Part shown: positions 38,410-47,652 of the stretch, piece by piece
Numbering within the stretch: position 1 is the stretch's first letter
How the letters are laid out: every line of letters starts with the position of its first letter
NCBI GenBank assembly: GCA_028292045.1
Contig: JAQGMZ010000145.1
Coordinates: forward strand, 1 to 50,400
Direction: 5' to 3'
DNA length: 50,400 nucleotides
Origin: Polaromonas sp.
Lineage (GTDB): Bacteria > Pseudomonadota > Gammaproteobacteria > Burkholderiales > Burkholderiaceae_C
The notes under the pieces: generated by a model
The model's database searches: none
Seen by the model: only the letters and a program-made list of their open reading frames with translations
Told to the model about the DNA's origin: nothing
Program-made: the position numbers and the translations under genes

Positions 38410-39942
38410 TCATGGGCAGGCCCGGCGCTCGAACACAGTCCATCGTTCGCGCGTCATCAGCGCCACCGGGGGGCATTGGGCGCCTGCAAAGAAGTCCGCG
38501 GGCATGGGCCCGTCACGGCGAACGAAGAAGTAGCGGTAGTCGTCGCCGCGGTGCTTCTTCCATTCAAAGCCTCTGGGCTCCCAGTCGAACCCCGGCATGA
38601 CCGGCGGCAGGCGGTCGAGCCGAAAGCGCACTACCTGCGGTGGAAACCAGGCAAAGTTGAAGTCGATCAGCCCCTGTTTTTCGGCTTGGTACCAGGCGGG
38701 GTAATGCAGGTAGACGAAGTCGTTGTTCGCTGCCGAACTGTTAGTGTCAAACACCACCGTCAGGGCACGCTGGCGTGGCTCGATCGTGCTTAGGATTTCT
38801 ACAAAGCCCCGGCTTTCCTGTCCGAAGCGCCAAGCCCAGGCGGTGTGCTGGCCCAGCACCGCCCAGCTTGCGCCCGCTATTAGCACCATGCCTAGCGTGG
38901 CAAGCCGGCTGCCCGGCGGCGGCCCGCCAGCGGACGTTACTGCCGCACGGTTGAACATCCAGGCATAAGCGGGCATCAGGAACAGCGCGAACCGCTCGTA
39001 AAGAAATGAGGTGCTCAAGGCGAAATGCGGTACCAGCGCCAGAATCAGCACCACGCCCAGGAAGGGCATCAAGTTTGGCAGGCGCCGCGAGTCGATGCGC
39101 AGGCCCATCATCCAGGGCGCGGCCGCCATGAGGACAAAAACCGGAAAAAAGGTAAACAGCGTGTTCCTCTGGCCGCTGCCGCCCACCGCATAGGGCAGCA
39201 CATACCCCCGCATAAGCCCTAAGCGCCACTTTAGGCCGGGCTCCAGGCCGCTTTCAAACCCGGCGTTGACATGGCGGCTGATCAGGAAGTAGCCCGCGCA
39301 TGCAAGGATCAACAGGCCATAGGGCAGCAGCGCGGCGAACTGCGAATTGAAGCGGGAACGCAGCGTCGTCGCCACCACCAGCAGCCCACCCACGCCCCAG
39401 GCAAAAACGAAAATCAGCCCATGAGAAGCCAGCATGGCCAGCCCGACGGCCACGATGCCGACGCTACGGCGCAGGCTCGGCTGGCGGGCATAGCGAACCG
39501 ACAGCAAGATGAACCACAAGCCCAGCGGTGCGGCAATCAGGAAGGTAAAAAACCCCCATTTGTAAGCAAAACCAAAAAAGCCGAGTAAAAACAACCAATC
39601 CAGGCGCGGGTCGGCGTTGAACTCTCGACGCAGCATGATGCACATGAGCACAAAACAGATATATCCCAGCGACAGCAGCAGCTTCAGGGCGGCCGCCACA
39701 GGCATCACCATGGACAGCGGGAGGGCCAATCCGTAGCCCAGCACATAAGGCGTGAACGGGTTGATGCGGAACAGCTCCGACCAGGCAGACTGGCCGAGCA
39801 GCATATCGCGCAGCAAGGCGACCTGGCCGGCATGCTGGGCCAGGTCGACCATCGGCGGATGCGGTGCAACCCAGAAAATCAAGGCGCCCCACACCACCGT
39901 AAGCACAAACAACACACGCCAGGAAAAACGGGATTTATGCAT
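38410..39942 (-). CDS. Polytopic membrane protein, putative GT-C/GtrC-type glycosyltransferase
   Basis: Many TM segments, early PPMVDLAQH loop and soluble C-terminal domain; lies downstream of gtrA/gtrB-like genes. The function is inferred from context. Confidence 0.65.
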   Translation of the reverse strand: MHKSRFSWRVLFVLTVVWGALIFWVAPHPPMVDLAQHAGQVALLRDMLLGQSAWSELFRINPFTPYVLGYGLALPLSMVMPVAAALKLLLSLGYICFVLMCIMLRREFNADPRLDWLFLLGFFGFAYKWGFFTFLIAAPLGLWFILLSVRYARQPSLRRSVGIVAVGLAMLASHGLIFVFAWGVGGLLVVATTLRSRFNSQFAALLPYGLLILACAGYFLISRHVNAGFESGLEPGLKWRLGLMRGYVLPYAVGGSGQRNTLFTFFPVFVLMAAAPWMMGLRIDSRRLPNLMPFLGVVLILALVPHFALSTSFLYERFALFLMPAYAWMFNRAAVTSAGGPPPGSRLATLGMVLIAGASWAVLGQHTAWAWRFGQESRGFVEILSTIEPRQRALTVVFDTNSSAANNDFVYLHYPAWYQAEKQGLIDFNFAWFPPQVVRFRLDRLPPVMPGFDWEPRGFEWKKHRGDDYRYFFVRRDGPMPADFFAGAQCPPVALMTRERWTVFERRACP

Positions 39943-40017
39943 TACAACTCCTTATGCTTGCCGCTCAGCCGGGGATTCGCTCGACCAGCCTGGCCTTTGC
40001 GTACCGGGGGCCGGGTA

Positions 40018-40959
40018 TCAGATTGATTTCTCAATGATGAAGCGTGGCCGCTGCTTGGCTTCGGAATAGATGCGCGAGAGGTAGCCGCCAATGATGCCCA
40101 GCGCCATTAGCTGCAGGCCGCCCAGAAAGTACATGGGGATGACGGTCGAAGCCCAGCCCGGCACGGCCATGTCGGTGGTCAGCCTGACGAACAGCGCCCA
40201 AAGGCCGAATCCGATAGAAGCCAGCGACAGGCTGATGCCGATCTTGGTAATCCATTTGAGCGGCACGGTAGAAAAAGAAAAGATGCCTTCGAAGGCCAGG
40301 GCCATCATCTTGAACAGCGGGTATTTGCTTTCTCCGGCAAAGCGCGAAAGCCGGTCGTAAGTGACGATGGCGGTGCGAAACCCGAGCAACGGAATGATCC
40401 CGCGCAGGAACAGGTTGACTTCCCTGAAATCCTTCAGCGCATCGAGCGAGCGCCGGCTCATCAGCCTGAAGTCCGCATGGTCGGCAACAATATCGACGCC
40501 AAAGCGGCGCAGCACGGCATAGTAGGCGCGCGCCGTGCTGCGCTTGAAGAAGCTGTCAGCGTGGCGGCTGGCGCGCACGCCATAGACGATGTCCGCGCCG
40601 TGCTGGTAGGCATCGAGCATTTGCGGAATGGCGCCGATGTCGTCCTGCAGGTCGGCATCCAGGCTCACCAGCACCTCGCCTCGGGCCGATAGCAGGCCGG
40701 CCAGCAATGCGTTTTGGTGGCCGCGGTTGCGCGACAGCTTGATGCCGTGGACACGCGGGTCGGCGTGACTTAGGGATTCGATCAACTGCCATGTGCTGTC
40801 GCGCGAGCCATCGTCCACAAAGATCATTCCGCTGTCGGCGCTGGCAATGCCGCGGGTTTGAAGGTCGTCGAGCAAGGCCAGGAGTTGCCGGCAGGTTTCG
40901 TTCAGCACCTCTTCCTCGTCGTAGCACGGAATCACCAGATTGAGATGAATGGCGGCCAT
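40018..40959 (-). CDS. gtrB: GT2 bactoprenol glycosyltransferase (GtrB/YfdH-like)
   Basis: VIPCYDEE, FVDDGSRD, LSRNRGHQNA, LDADLQD, DFRLMSR, RFAGESKY, two C-terminal TMs; start ATG 40959. Confidence 0.9.
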   Translation of the reverse strand: MAAIHLNLVIPCYDEEEVLNETCRQLLALLDDLQTRGIASADSGMIFVDDGSRDSTWQLIESLSHADPRVHGIKLSRNRGHQNALLAGLLSARGEVLVSLDADLQDDIGAIPQMLDAYQHGADIVYGVRASRHADSFFKRSTARAYYAVLRRFGVDIVADHADFRLMSRRSLDALKDFREVNLFLRGIIPLLGFRTAIVTYDRLSRFAGESKYPLFKMMALAFEGIFSFSTVPLKWITKIGISLSLASIGFGLWALFVRLTTDMAVPGWASTVIPMYFLGGLQLMALGIIGGYLSRIYSEAKQRPRFIIEKSI

Positions 40960-40976
40960 GGATTCTGGTCCCTGTT

Positions 40977-41396
40977 TCAAGTGGATTTGGCGGGTTTGCC
41001 CACCTTGCCGACGTTGGCCTGTTGCCTGAAGGCAAAAAAGCGGCCGCCGAGATAGCCCAGGGCGGTATAGGCCACCGTGCCGAACACATGCGGCAAAAAA
41101 CTGGACTCTCCCATCAGGCGGCGCGTTGTAAACAGCACCAGCACATTGGCCAGGTAACCCACGGCGCAGACCAGTGCAAAGCGGCCGAAGCTGCGGCTCA
41201 TGGCACCGTTGTCCTGAAATGTCCATAGGCGGTTCAGGCCGTAACTCCAGATGAATCCAATGCCGTAGCCCAGCATGTTGGCCGGCAGGTCGCCCAGGCC
41301 CAGGACTCGCCAGGCGAAGTAGATGACGCCCATGCCGATTAGGGTGTTGGACAGACCCACAAGGAGGAATCGAAATAAGGAATGCCTGAGAAGCAC
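40977..41396 (-). CDS. gtrA: GtrA-family flippase-like protein
   Basis: RFLLVGLSNT, AN.LGY, SYGLNRLWTF; four TMs. The start is uncertain (GTG 41396 chosen). Confidence 0.85.
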   Translation of the reverse strand: MLLRHSLFRFLLVGLSNTLIGMGVIYFAWRVLGLGDLPANMLGYGIGFIWSYGLNRLWTFQDNGAMSRSFGRFALVCAVGYLANVLVLFTTRRLMGESSFLPHVFGTVAYTALGYLGGRFFAFRQQANVGKVGKPAKST

Positions 41397-41888
41397 GAAT
41401 AGCAGTCTTGTGAAAGTGGTCGACTCTTTGAAGTCCCGTTCATTGCCTGAAAACCCGGGCGGGTGACCAGTCAGAAGACCGCCCGCCACCACGGACCGGC
41501 GTGCCAAAAACCTGACTGCGGTAGGCACCCTGGGGTGAGCATCGACGACAAACAGTGACTGGTCGCCAGCATAAAACGGATCCGGGCTAAGACCGCTCCG
41601 CCAGGGTAGGACCGAACCGGGAGAACAGATCAGGGTTGTCGGAAATTACGGAAGACGCTGAGAATCTGACTACCGATTTTTAAGAATGGGGATCAAATTG
41701 GCTGACTGCGCTTCATGCGCCTGCGTTTCCAGATCTCAGGCTATGCCAGTTATCTGGGGGCAGTAGGTCATTGTCGGGATGGACAAAGGTAGCCATCGGA
41801 TGGCCCGCGATGAAGCGCTGACTTCGATGCGACGTTGATTCGAGACCTTGGCCACGAGAAGGCGGCCCTTTTGCCGAAAACCCGTTTT

Positions 41889-42449
41889 TCATGTCTTCAG
41901 GATGGAGCATTGGCTGGCCACAAATTGAGGCACGAATCTAATGAATTTCATCGCATAGACACTGTCAAAGATAAGCGCGTCGGCCAGCACGGCACACAGC
42001 CCCCAGGACAGCAATGTCACCATCCATTCAAGGTGGCCGCTACGCCACAAGCCCAGGGAGTGACGACGAAAAATCCACGGCACGCCCAGGGGATTTGGCC
42101 AATCAGTCAGCAAGTGCATGATGCCGCCTGCGGCAAAACCGAACACTGCGCAGGCCCACCATGCGGAGCCCAGATTTTTGTGACTGAAGTAGAGTAGCGC
42201 CACCCACGCAATGCCCCAATGGGTAATGGTCCGGTGCGCGATCCACAGCCGTTGCGCGCCACGTTTTTTCTTCCGGCGCCACCAGGCCACTTCCAGCCAG
42301 TCGGGTGCCGTACCGCCCAACGAGCCAGCGAGCCACGTGATTATTGCAAGCACGTAATAAGCGCCTCCTGCGCCCGCCTTGACTACGATCGCAGCCGCGA
42401 GCAGTCCAGCGGCGACGCCAGAGGCATGATGCGTTTTAGTAGACGCCAT
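41889..42449 (-). CDS. YdjM-like (LexA-binding, inner-membrane) metal-dependent hydrolase
   Basis: TH near the N-terminus, GGTAPDWLE, HRTITHW, MHLLTDWPNPLGVP motifs. Confidence 0.85.
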   Translation of the reverse strand: MASTKTHHASGVAAGLLAAAIVVKAGAGGAYYVLAIITWLAGSLGGTAPDWLEVAWWRRKKKRGAQRLWIAHRTITHWGIAWVALLYFSHKNLGSAWWACAVFGFAAGGIMHLLTDWPNPLGVPWIFRRHSLGLWRSGHLEWMVTLLSWGLCAVLADALIFDSVYAMKFIRFVPQFVASQCSILKT

Positions 42450-42557
42450 GCTGGCTCGTTCGGGTAGAAGGCAGACGAGCACTGGCGTTCCAGGCGGAGC
42501 TGCCTGGGAACCACAGGTGCAGCGCCTGGGTCTTCGCGCAGACTTCGAGCCGGGCCA

Positions 42558-42971
42558 TCACGTGGCGGGCATCGCTCGAAGCCTGGCAGCAGCGCGCTGC
42601 AGGCCGTTGAAGACGGTGTCGGCCACGTGCTGGGCAAAGTGCTATGGCACTCGCGCTGACACCTCCTGGATCACACTTTCGGTGCGTTCGATGATATGGA
42701 CGAAGAGGGGCTCGACATCGGTGCCGAGACCGCAGAGCACGCCCAGGCCATTGAAGTGACGGCGCTGGCAGTGTTTCATGGGGTGGTGGCGCTTTTTTCC
42801 CGGCAGGGCCATGCACATCTTCGCTTTGTGCCATGACCATTGGCCCTGGTCCGGGCCTTCGACTGGCCAGATTGACATGGCATCGTAGAGCGGCGCCAGC
42901 CGATAGGCACCTCCGGCCAGCAGCTGCAGGCTGAAATTCTTGGCATGGCCGTCCGGGGCGGCCAGCATCCA
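42558..42971 (-). pseudogene. hipA: HipA kinase toxin C-terminal remnant
   Basis: WMLAAPDGHAKNFS and YRLAPLYD motifs. The N-terminal part is missing. In-frame TAG at 42642-42644, after which the frame continues HFAQHVADTVFNGLQRAAARL to TGA 42558. Confidence 0.85.
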
Positions 42972-43251
42972 GGGTGGCTAAATAACGATCCGGCACAAAA
43001 CGTCTCCTGCTTTTAGAACGCATCTTTGTTGATGAACGGCTGATCGTGCGACAGCACAGAAAACGCCAGTTTCAGAAAATTCCAGTTTGCCTGTAAGCAA
43101 TGAGCGCTGGAGCGGTATTGAAGTGACCCATCTGCCGATGCCAAATTGAAATGGATGCAGCGAGTAATGGCGGGATTTTATAAAAGCCTACCTTGGGTCG
43201 TTTGCCCCACAACGATATAACTGGCTCAAGCGGCGGGCTTTTTTGCCAGAT

Positions 43252-44478
43252 TCAACCCTGCGCCTCCCGACAGCCGCCCTGCGCTCGCGCGTCTGTCGCA
43301 TCTTCGCTGCTCGAATGTGACGGTTGCTGGACTCTTCGGATGGCGTCTAGCAGCAGGTCGAGTCGACAGTGGCGAAGCAGGTACGCCGTGTTACCCATGG
43401 TCACTGCGAACGCGTCGGGAATGGGATGGATGGCGACCAATGTGTTACCCAGCTGTTCCAGCAGCGCTTCTGGCGAAAGCGCGTAAGCGCGCTCATGACG
43501 CCGGCCTGCGTGGGCCGTGTGGAACTTGCGCTCGTACGAAAAACCGTCGAGTGAATCGCCCACCATGACTGCGCCCCACAACGCATACACATCGAAATCG
43601 CAGGCGTAACTCATCATGTCGGTCGTGAACCCGCCGGGGGGGCGCACGTTCATCTCGAGCGCGACATACGAGCCGTCAGGACGCGCGAAGAATTCGAGGT
43701 GGAAAAAGCGCCGGCGCAGGGCGAACGCTGCGAGCGCCTGGCGGCCGAGCTGCTCGAGCGCCGGAGGAATGCTGCGAAGCGAGTAATAGAACCCATCGAG
43801 AACGCCCGTTCTCACCTCCATGATTCCTCGGTCGTAGGCATGGGATGTGCAGAAAACCACGCGTCCGGCCTGATCTACCAGACCATCGAAAGTCACGATG
43901 TCGCCTTCGATGAAAGGCTGCACGACGTGGCCTTCAAGGGGCTGGCCAAGAGCCGCCTCAAGCTCGGCGCCAGTCGAGACCCGGAACGTGGACATAGCAC
44001 CGGAGCCGCTGTCGGGCTTGAAGACGAGTGGCAAGCCGTGCATCGCGGCAAAGCTTCTGACGGTCTGCGGGGACGAGCAGCGGATGCCCGGCACGCAGGG
44101 AACGCCAGCCTTCTGAAAAACCTCGGCCATGGCCAGCTTGCTGCGAAGGCGTGCGACGCCTCGCGCCGTGAGGCCTTCGATGCCGAGATCGTCGCGCAGG
44201 CGCCCCTCGACCTCGAGCCAGTGCTCCCCGTTCGATTCCACAAAGTCGATAGGGCCGTACTCGGCAATCATGGAAGTCACGACGCCGAGCAAGACGTCGT
44301 ACTCCCCCATGCGGGGCTCGAACACATAATGTTCGAGTGCCTGGCGCGCTTGCACAGGGAGACTGCTCTCTAGCACATCACCCACGGCCAGGACGCTGGC
44401 GCCGCGGGCATGCGCAGCAACGCAGAACAGGTGGGAATGCGGTGGGAAGCCCGGCGACAGGTAAAGAATCTGCACCAT
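43252..44478 (-). CDS. ATP-grasp domain protein
   Basis: LSPGFP, RSKLAM, VFKPDSGSGA, QPFIEG, FFHLEFF, LEMNVRPPGG motifs; start ATG 44478. Confidence 0.88.
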   Translation of the reverse strand: MVQILYLSPGFPPHSHLFCVAAHARGASVLAVGDVLESSLPVQARQALEHYVFEPRMGEYDVLLGVVTSMIAEYGPIDFVESNGEHWLEVEGRLRDDLGIEGLTARGVARLRSKLAMAEVFQKAGVPCVPGIRCSSPQTVRSFAAMHGLPLVFKPDSGSGAMSTFRVSTGAELEAALGQPLEGHVVQPFIEGDIVTFDGLVDQAGRVVFCTSHAYDRGIMEVRTGVLDGFYYSLRSIPPALEQLGRQALAAFALRRRFFHLEFFARPDGSYVALEMNVRPPGGFTTDMMSYACDFDVYALWGAVMVGDSLDGFSYERKFHTAHAGRRHERAYALSPEALLEQLGNTLVAIHPIPDAFAVTMGNTAYLLRHCRLDLLLDAIRRVQQPSHSSSEDATDARAQGGCREAQG

Positions 44479-44480
44479 GG

Positions 44481-45389
44481 CTATGTTCGCCGCAGCAGCC
44501 AGCCGATGCCATTCCACAATCGAAACGGAGATTCATCCGCGCGTATGACCTCCAGTTCCGCGCCGTGCGCGAGCGCGAGCACCTCGCCATTGGCGTCTTT
44601 GCGGGGCAGTCCGTAAGCGTAGTTAAAGAGCACGAAGTCGCCCCCCAGCCGGAGCACACGCCGGATCTCTAGAAAGTGCCGCTCGACCAGAGCCTGCCCG
44701 GAAAGTGCCATGTAGGGAAACGCATCGACGCTGTAGACGAGGTCCATCGACCCGGAACCGAACTCTGAAAGGTCCTGGCCGGTCGTCGTCTGGACGCGCG
44801 CATTGGAAATGCATTTCAGCCGGCGCGTGGCCGCCGAGGTCATCCCCGACGAAACATCCGTTCCCACCACAAAGCGTACGCGCGCACTCAAGGGAGCCAT
44901 CAAACGCCCAATGCCGCACCCAATCTCCAGCGCATCCCGGTGCAGTCCCAGCACCCCCCAGTCATCGAGCACGCTGATCACCTCGTCGGTTGCGGCGGAA
45001 AGGAGTTCGGGACTTCCCAGAGAGTAAAGGGCAACACTCAATTCCTCGCTCTGGGCCACGGATGCGTCGAAGAGCCTTCGGCATCGCTCAATGCCATCCT
45101 CGGCGTTTCCGGCAATTTCCGGGGAATCCAGGCGTTGGCGGATCATCCTGACGATGGTGCGGCAGCCGGCCTCGTTCTCGGCCAGGTGCTGCGCAAGCTC
45201 GCGAAGCTTTGTTGGTTCCCCGTCCAGCGTGGGCAGGGCCCGGGCAATGGCCAGCGGATCTTCTGTATGCTGGAGGAGTTCCATCAAGACCATCGACGCG
45301 GAGGCCTCGGCTTGCAGGTAGCGGTTGACAATGCTCTGGATATCGGCAGCCGGGATGATCATGAGTGCCCTGTTCAGCTTGCCCGGCAT
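44481..45389 (-). CDS. Class I SAM-dependent methyltransferase with N-terminal extension
   Basis: LEIGCGIG, GTDVS, DLVYSVDAFPY, RVLRLGG motifs. Start 45389 or 45362. Confidence 0.88.
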   Translation of the reverse strand: MPGKLNRALMIIPAADIQSIVNRYLQAEASASMVLMELLQHTEDPLAIARALPTLDGEPTKLRELAQHLAENEAGCRTIVRMIRQRLDSPEIAGNAEDGIERCRRLFDASVAQSEELSVALYSLGSPELLSAATDEVISVLDDWGVLGLHRDALEIGCGIGRLMAPLSARVRFVVGTDVSSGMTSAATRRLKCISNARVQTTTGQDLSEFGSGSMDLVYSVDAFPYMALSGQALVERHFLEIRRVLRLGGDFVLFNYAYGLPRKDANGEVLALAHGAELEVIRADESPFRLWNGIGWLLRRT

Positions 45390-46615
45390 TGCTCACGTGC
45401 AACCTTCATCGCACTTTGCGCATGCGCCAGCGTCGTGTCAATGTCAGTCGGCTTATGCGCGTAGCTGATGAACCACATGTGACGAGGGTGCATTAGCACG
45501 CCGCGCGCCAGCATCGCCTCATAAAACGCCGTCCGCAGCGCGTCGTTCGTTTCGGGGTTCGGATGAGTGAACTTCAAAAAAGGCATCGGCGGGAACGGCT
45601 CCCCATAGCTCAGTGCGGGCACGCCGTGGTCATGGGCAATGGCGTTTAGGCCATCGATGAGTCGCTGGCCAAGCGCCCAGACGTGCTCAGCCACGCCTCG
45701 CTCTTCAACGATACGCAGCGTGGTGAGCGCGGCGGCCATGGCTGCGGTGTCACCGTGATAGGTCGCCGAGAGGTGCATTCCGGCGGCGCTGCTCATGACG
45801 CCCCGCCGTCCTACCACGGCTGCCACAGGCCAGCCGTTGCTTAGCCCCTTGCTGACGGTAGTGAGGTCGGGCTTCAAACCGAAGCGCGCTTGGACAGACC
45901 CCGGCGCCGTGCGAAACGCGGTCTTGACCTCATCGAGGACAAAAAGCGCCCCATGCCGGTGGATTGCGTCTTGGATTGCTTGAAAAACCTCGCGTGTTGC
46001 AGGCAACACCATCTCGGGCGCCAGAATAACTGCCGCAATTTCGCCAGGATACTCGTGGAAGAGGGCTTCTAGGGACTGTGGATCGTTGCTGTCGAACTCG
46101 AGAACCTGCGCGTCGAGCCCGGCAGGAACTGAACGGTCGAGCGGCAAACACCAGTCATGCCACCCGTGATACCCCGCACGCGCGATGCGGCGGCGCCCGG
46201 TAGCGCGCCGCGCGATACGCAGCGCGGCGGTCGTGGCTTCGCTCCCCGTTTTTAGCAGCACGGCCATGTCGGCGGCAGCGAAGCGCTCGACCAGAGCTTC
46301 GGCGAAGAGCACGTGCTGGGGGCGATTCATCGACAGCAGCGAGCCCTGCTCGAGCGCCTGACGTGCCGCTGCGTCTACTTCTGGGTCCGCGTAACCGAGC
46401 AGGAACGCGCCATAAGCCATCACGAAGTCGATGTACTCGTGCCCGTCGACGTCTGTAATGCGGCAGCCACGGCCGCGCTCGAAATACATCGGGGAGCGCT
46501 CCGGCGTAGTGAGCACCCGCCCGGACAGGTGATGGGCGCCTGGTGTGACGCGCTCGGCGCGCGCGAGCCACTTGCGAGACGAGGTATAGCGTTCTTCGGT
46601 CATGCCTTTGTCCAT
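45374..46615 (-). CDS. Class III PLP aminotransferase (glutamate-1-semialdehyde aminomutase-like)
   Basis: DVDGHEYID, KTGSEAT, YHGWHD, LDEVKTAFR, PDLTTVSKG (PLP Lys). Start 46615 or 46603. Confidence 0.9.
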   Translation of the reverse strand: MDKGMTEERYTSSRKWLARAERVTPGAHHLSGRVLTTPERSPMYFERGRGCRITDVDGHEYIDFVMAYGAFLLGYADPEVDAAARQALEQGSLLSMNRPQHVLFAEALVERFAAADMAVLLKTGSEATTAALRIARRATGRRRIARAGYHGWHDWCLPLDRSVPAGLDAQVLEFDSNDPQSLEALFHEYPGEIAAVILAPEMVLPATREVFQAIQDAIHRHGALFVLDEVKTAFRTAPGSVQARFGLKPDLTTVSKGLSNGWPVAAVVGRRGVMSSAAGMHLSATYHGDTAAMAAALTTLRIVEERGVAEHVWALGQRLIDGLNAIAHDHGVPALSYGEPFPPMPFLKFTHPNPETNDALRTAFYEAMLARGVLMHPRHMWFISYAHKPTDIDTTLAHAQSAMKVAREQCRAS

Positions 46616-46839
46616 GCTGTTTTAAAATGCCGGGCGTGCTTTTGGTTAGCCCGAGAATCGCTTTGCGCCGGTCGGCAATCGCGTGTTGGCCTTACGCAGC
46701 GCTTCTCGTGCGAGTTTTGGCAGGGTGGTCTCCTGGCTTTGCGCAAACCGCTGCAGTACGGTTTGCCTTGCAAGTCAGCTATGCCCGGGCGCCTGGCCAG
46801 GTTGCACGCCAACGGCCCAAGAGCCAGCAACGACGCTAC

Positions 46840-47079
46840 AGGAACATAAACCCTATCGACACTTTGGGGCACATCACCGTCGCAGGAAGTGACCGTTGAG
46901 TTCAGCCCACGGGCGCACACCAGACGCGAGCGTTTGCTGCGGTGTGCGCCGATATGCTGCACAAAAACAATAGGCGCCGGAGAGTTGAGCGCCAAGGCAT
47001 GCGCCAGTTCAAGCATCGCGTTCACGCCGCCCGCCACTGCGCTCATCACAATGACCGGCTGGGCGGTGAAATCGTTCAT
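46840..47079 (-). pseudogene. CheB methylesterase N-terminal remnant
   Basis: VIVMSAVAGGVNAMLELAHAL...PAPIVFVQHIGAHRS...DG...VYV resembles CheB 'IGASAGG...VQH'. The catalytic Ser is lost and the sequence is truncated. Confidence 0.6.
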
Positions 47080-47652
47080 TGAAAACTGTAATTTAAAATG
47101 TTTGGAAAGGTAGCTCAAGCATCAACTGTTGCCGTCAAAAACGCAGGCTGCTGTGGGGCTTGGGCTCCAAGGCGCGTAGGCGTTTAGCATTGGTGCGCAG
47201 CGGTGAATTCTTGGGCTACCTGGCCCGCCAGGAGCGGTGGTTGGTGGTGTTTTGCCTGGCACTCATGTTTGGGTAATTGCCGTTTCCACGAATTACCTGC
47301 CTCCGGGCAGCCCGGCGCGCGCTAGCCGCACGTGTCAAGCTTGATCACGACGCTGCGCTTTGAGCCGGCAGTAGCCTTGAGCATCGCCCTGGGGCATTGC
47401 CCACATTGCAGTTCAGTAAAGCTTCATTTCCGTTTATGACCCAGTAAGAACGGCGCGCATTACTGCGTTTGGCCTTGGGGATTGTTCTGCCCTCTACGGT
47501 ATTTACCTAAAAAGCCGTTATCAACATCGATACAGCCAAAGCTGCATACATTTCTTACTGCAACGTTCCCGGAATTTAGGGATAGTCACTAACTCGATAA
47601 GTGAATTAAATGACTTGGAGTGCAACGTGATTTGCCTCTGGGGAATAGTTTT

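Noticed and set aside
42642-42644. Amber read-through (pyrrolysine) in hipA
   Set aside because: The gene is also 5'-truncated and no pyl genes are present, so simple decay is more likely.
45374-46615. Calling this gene hemL
   Set aside because: Its motifs diverge from housekeeping GSAM (DEVKTAFR, YHGWHD) and its context is unrelated to tetrapyrrole synthesis.
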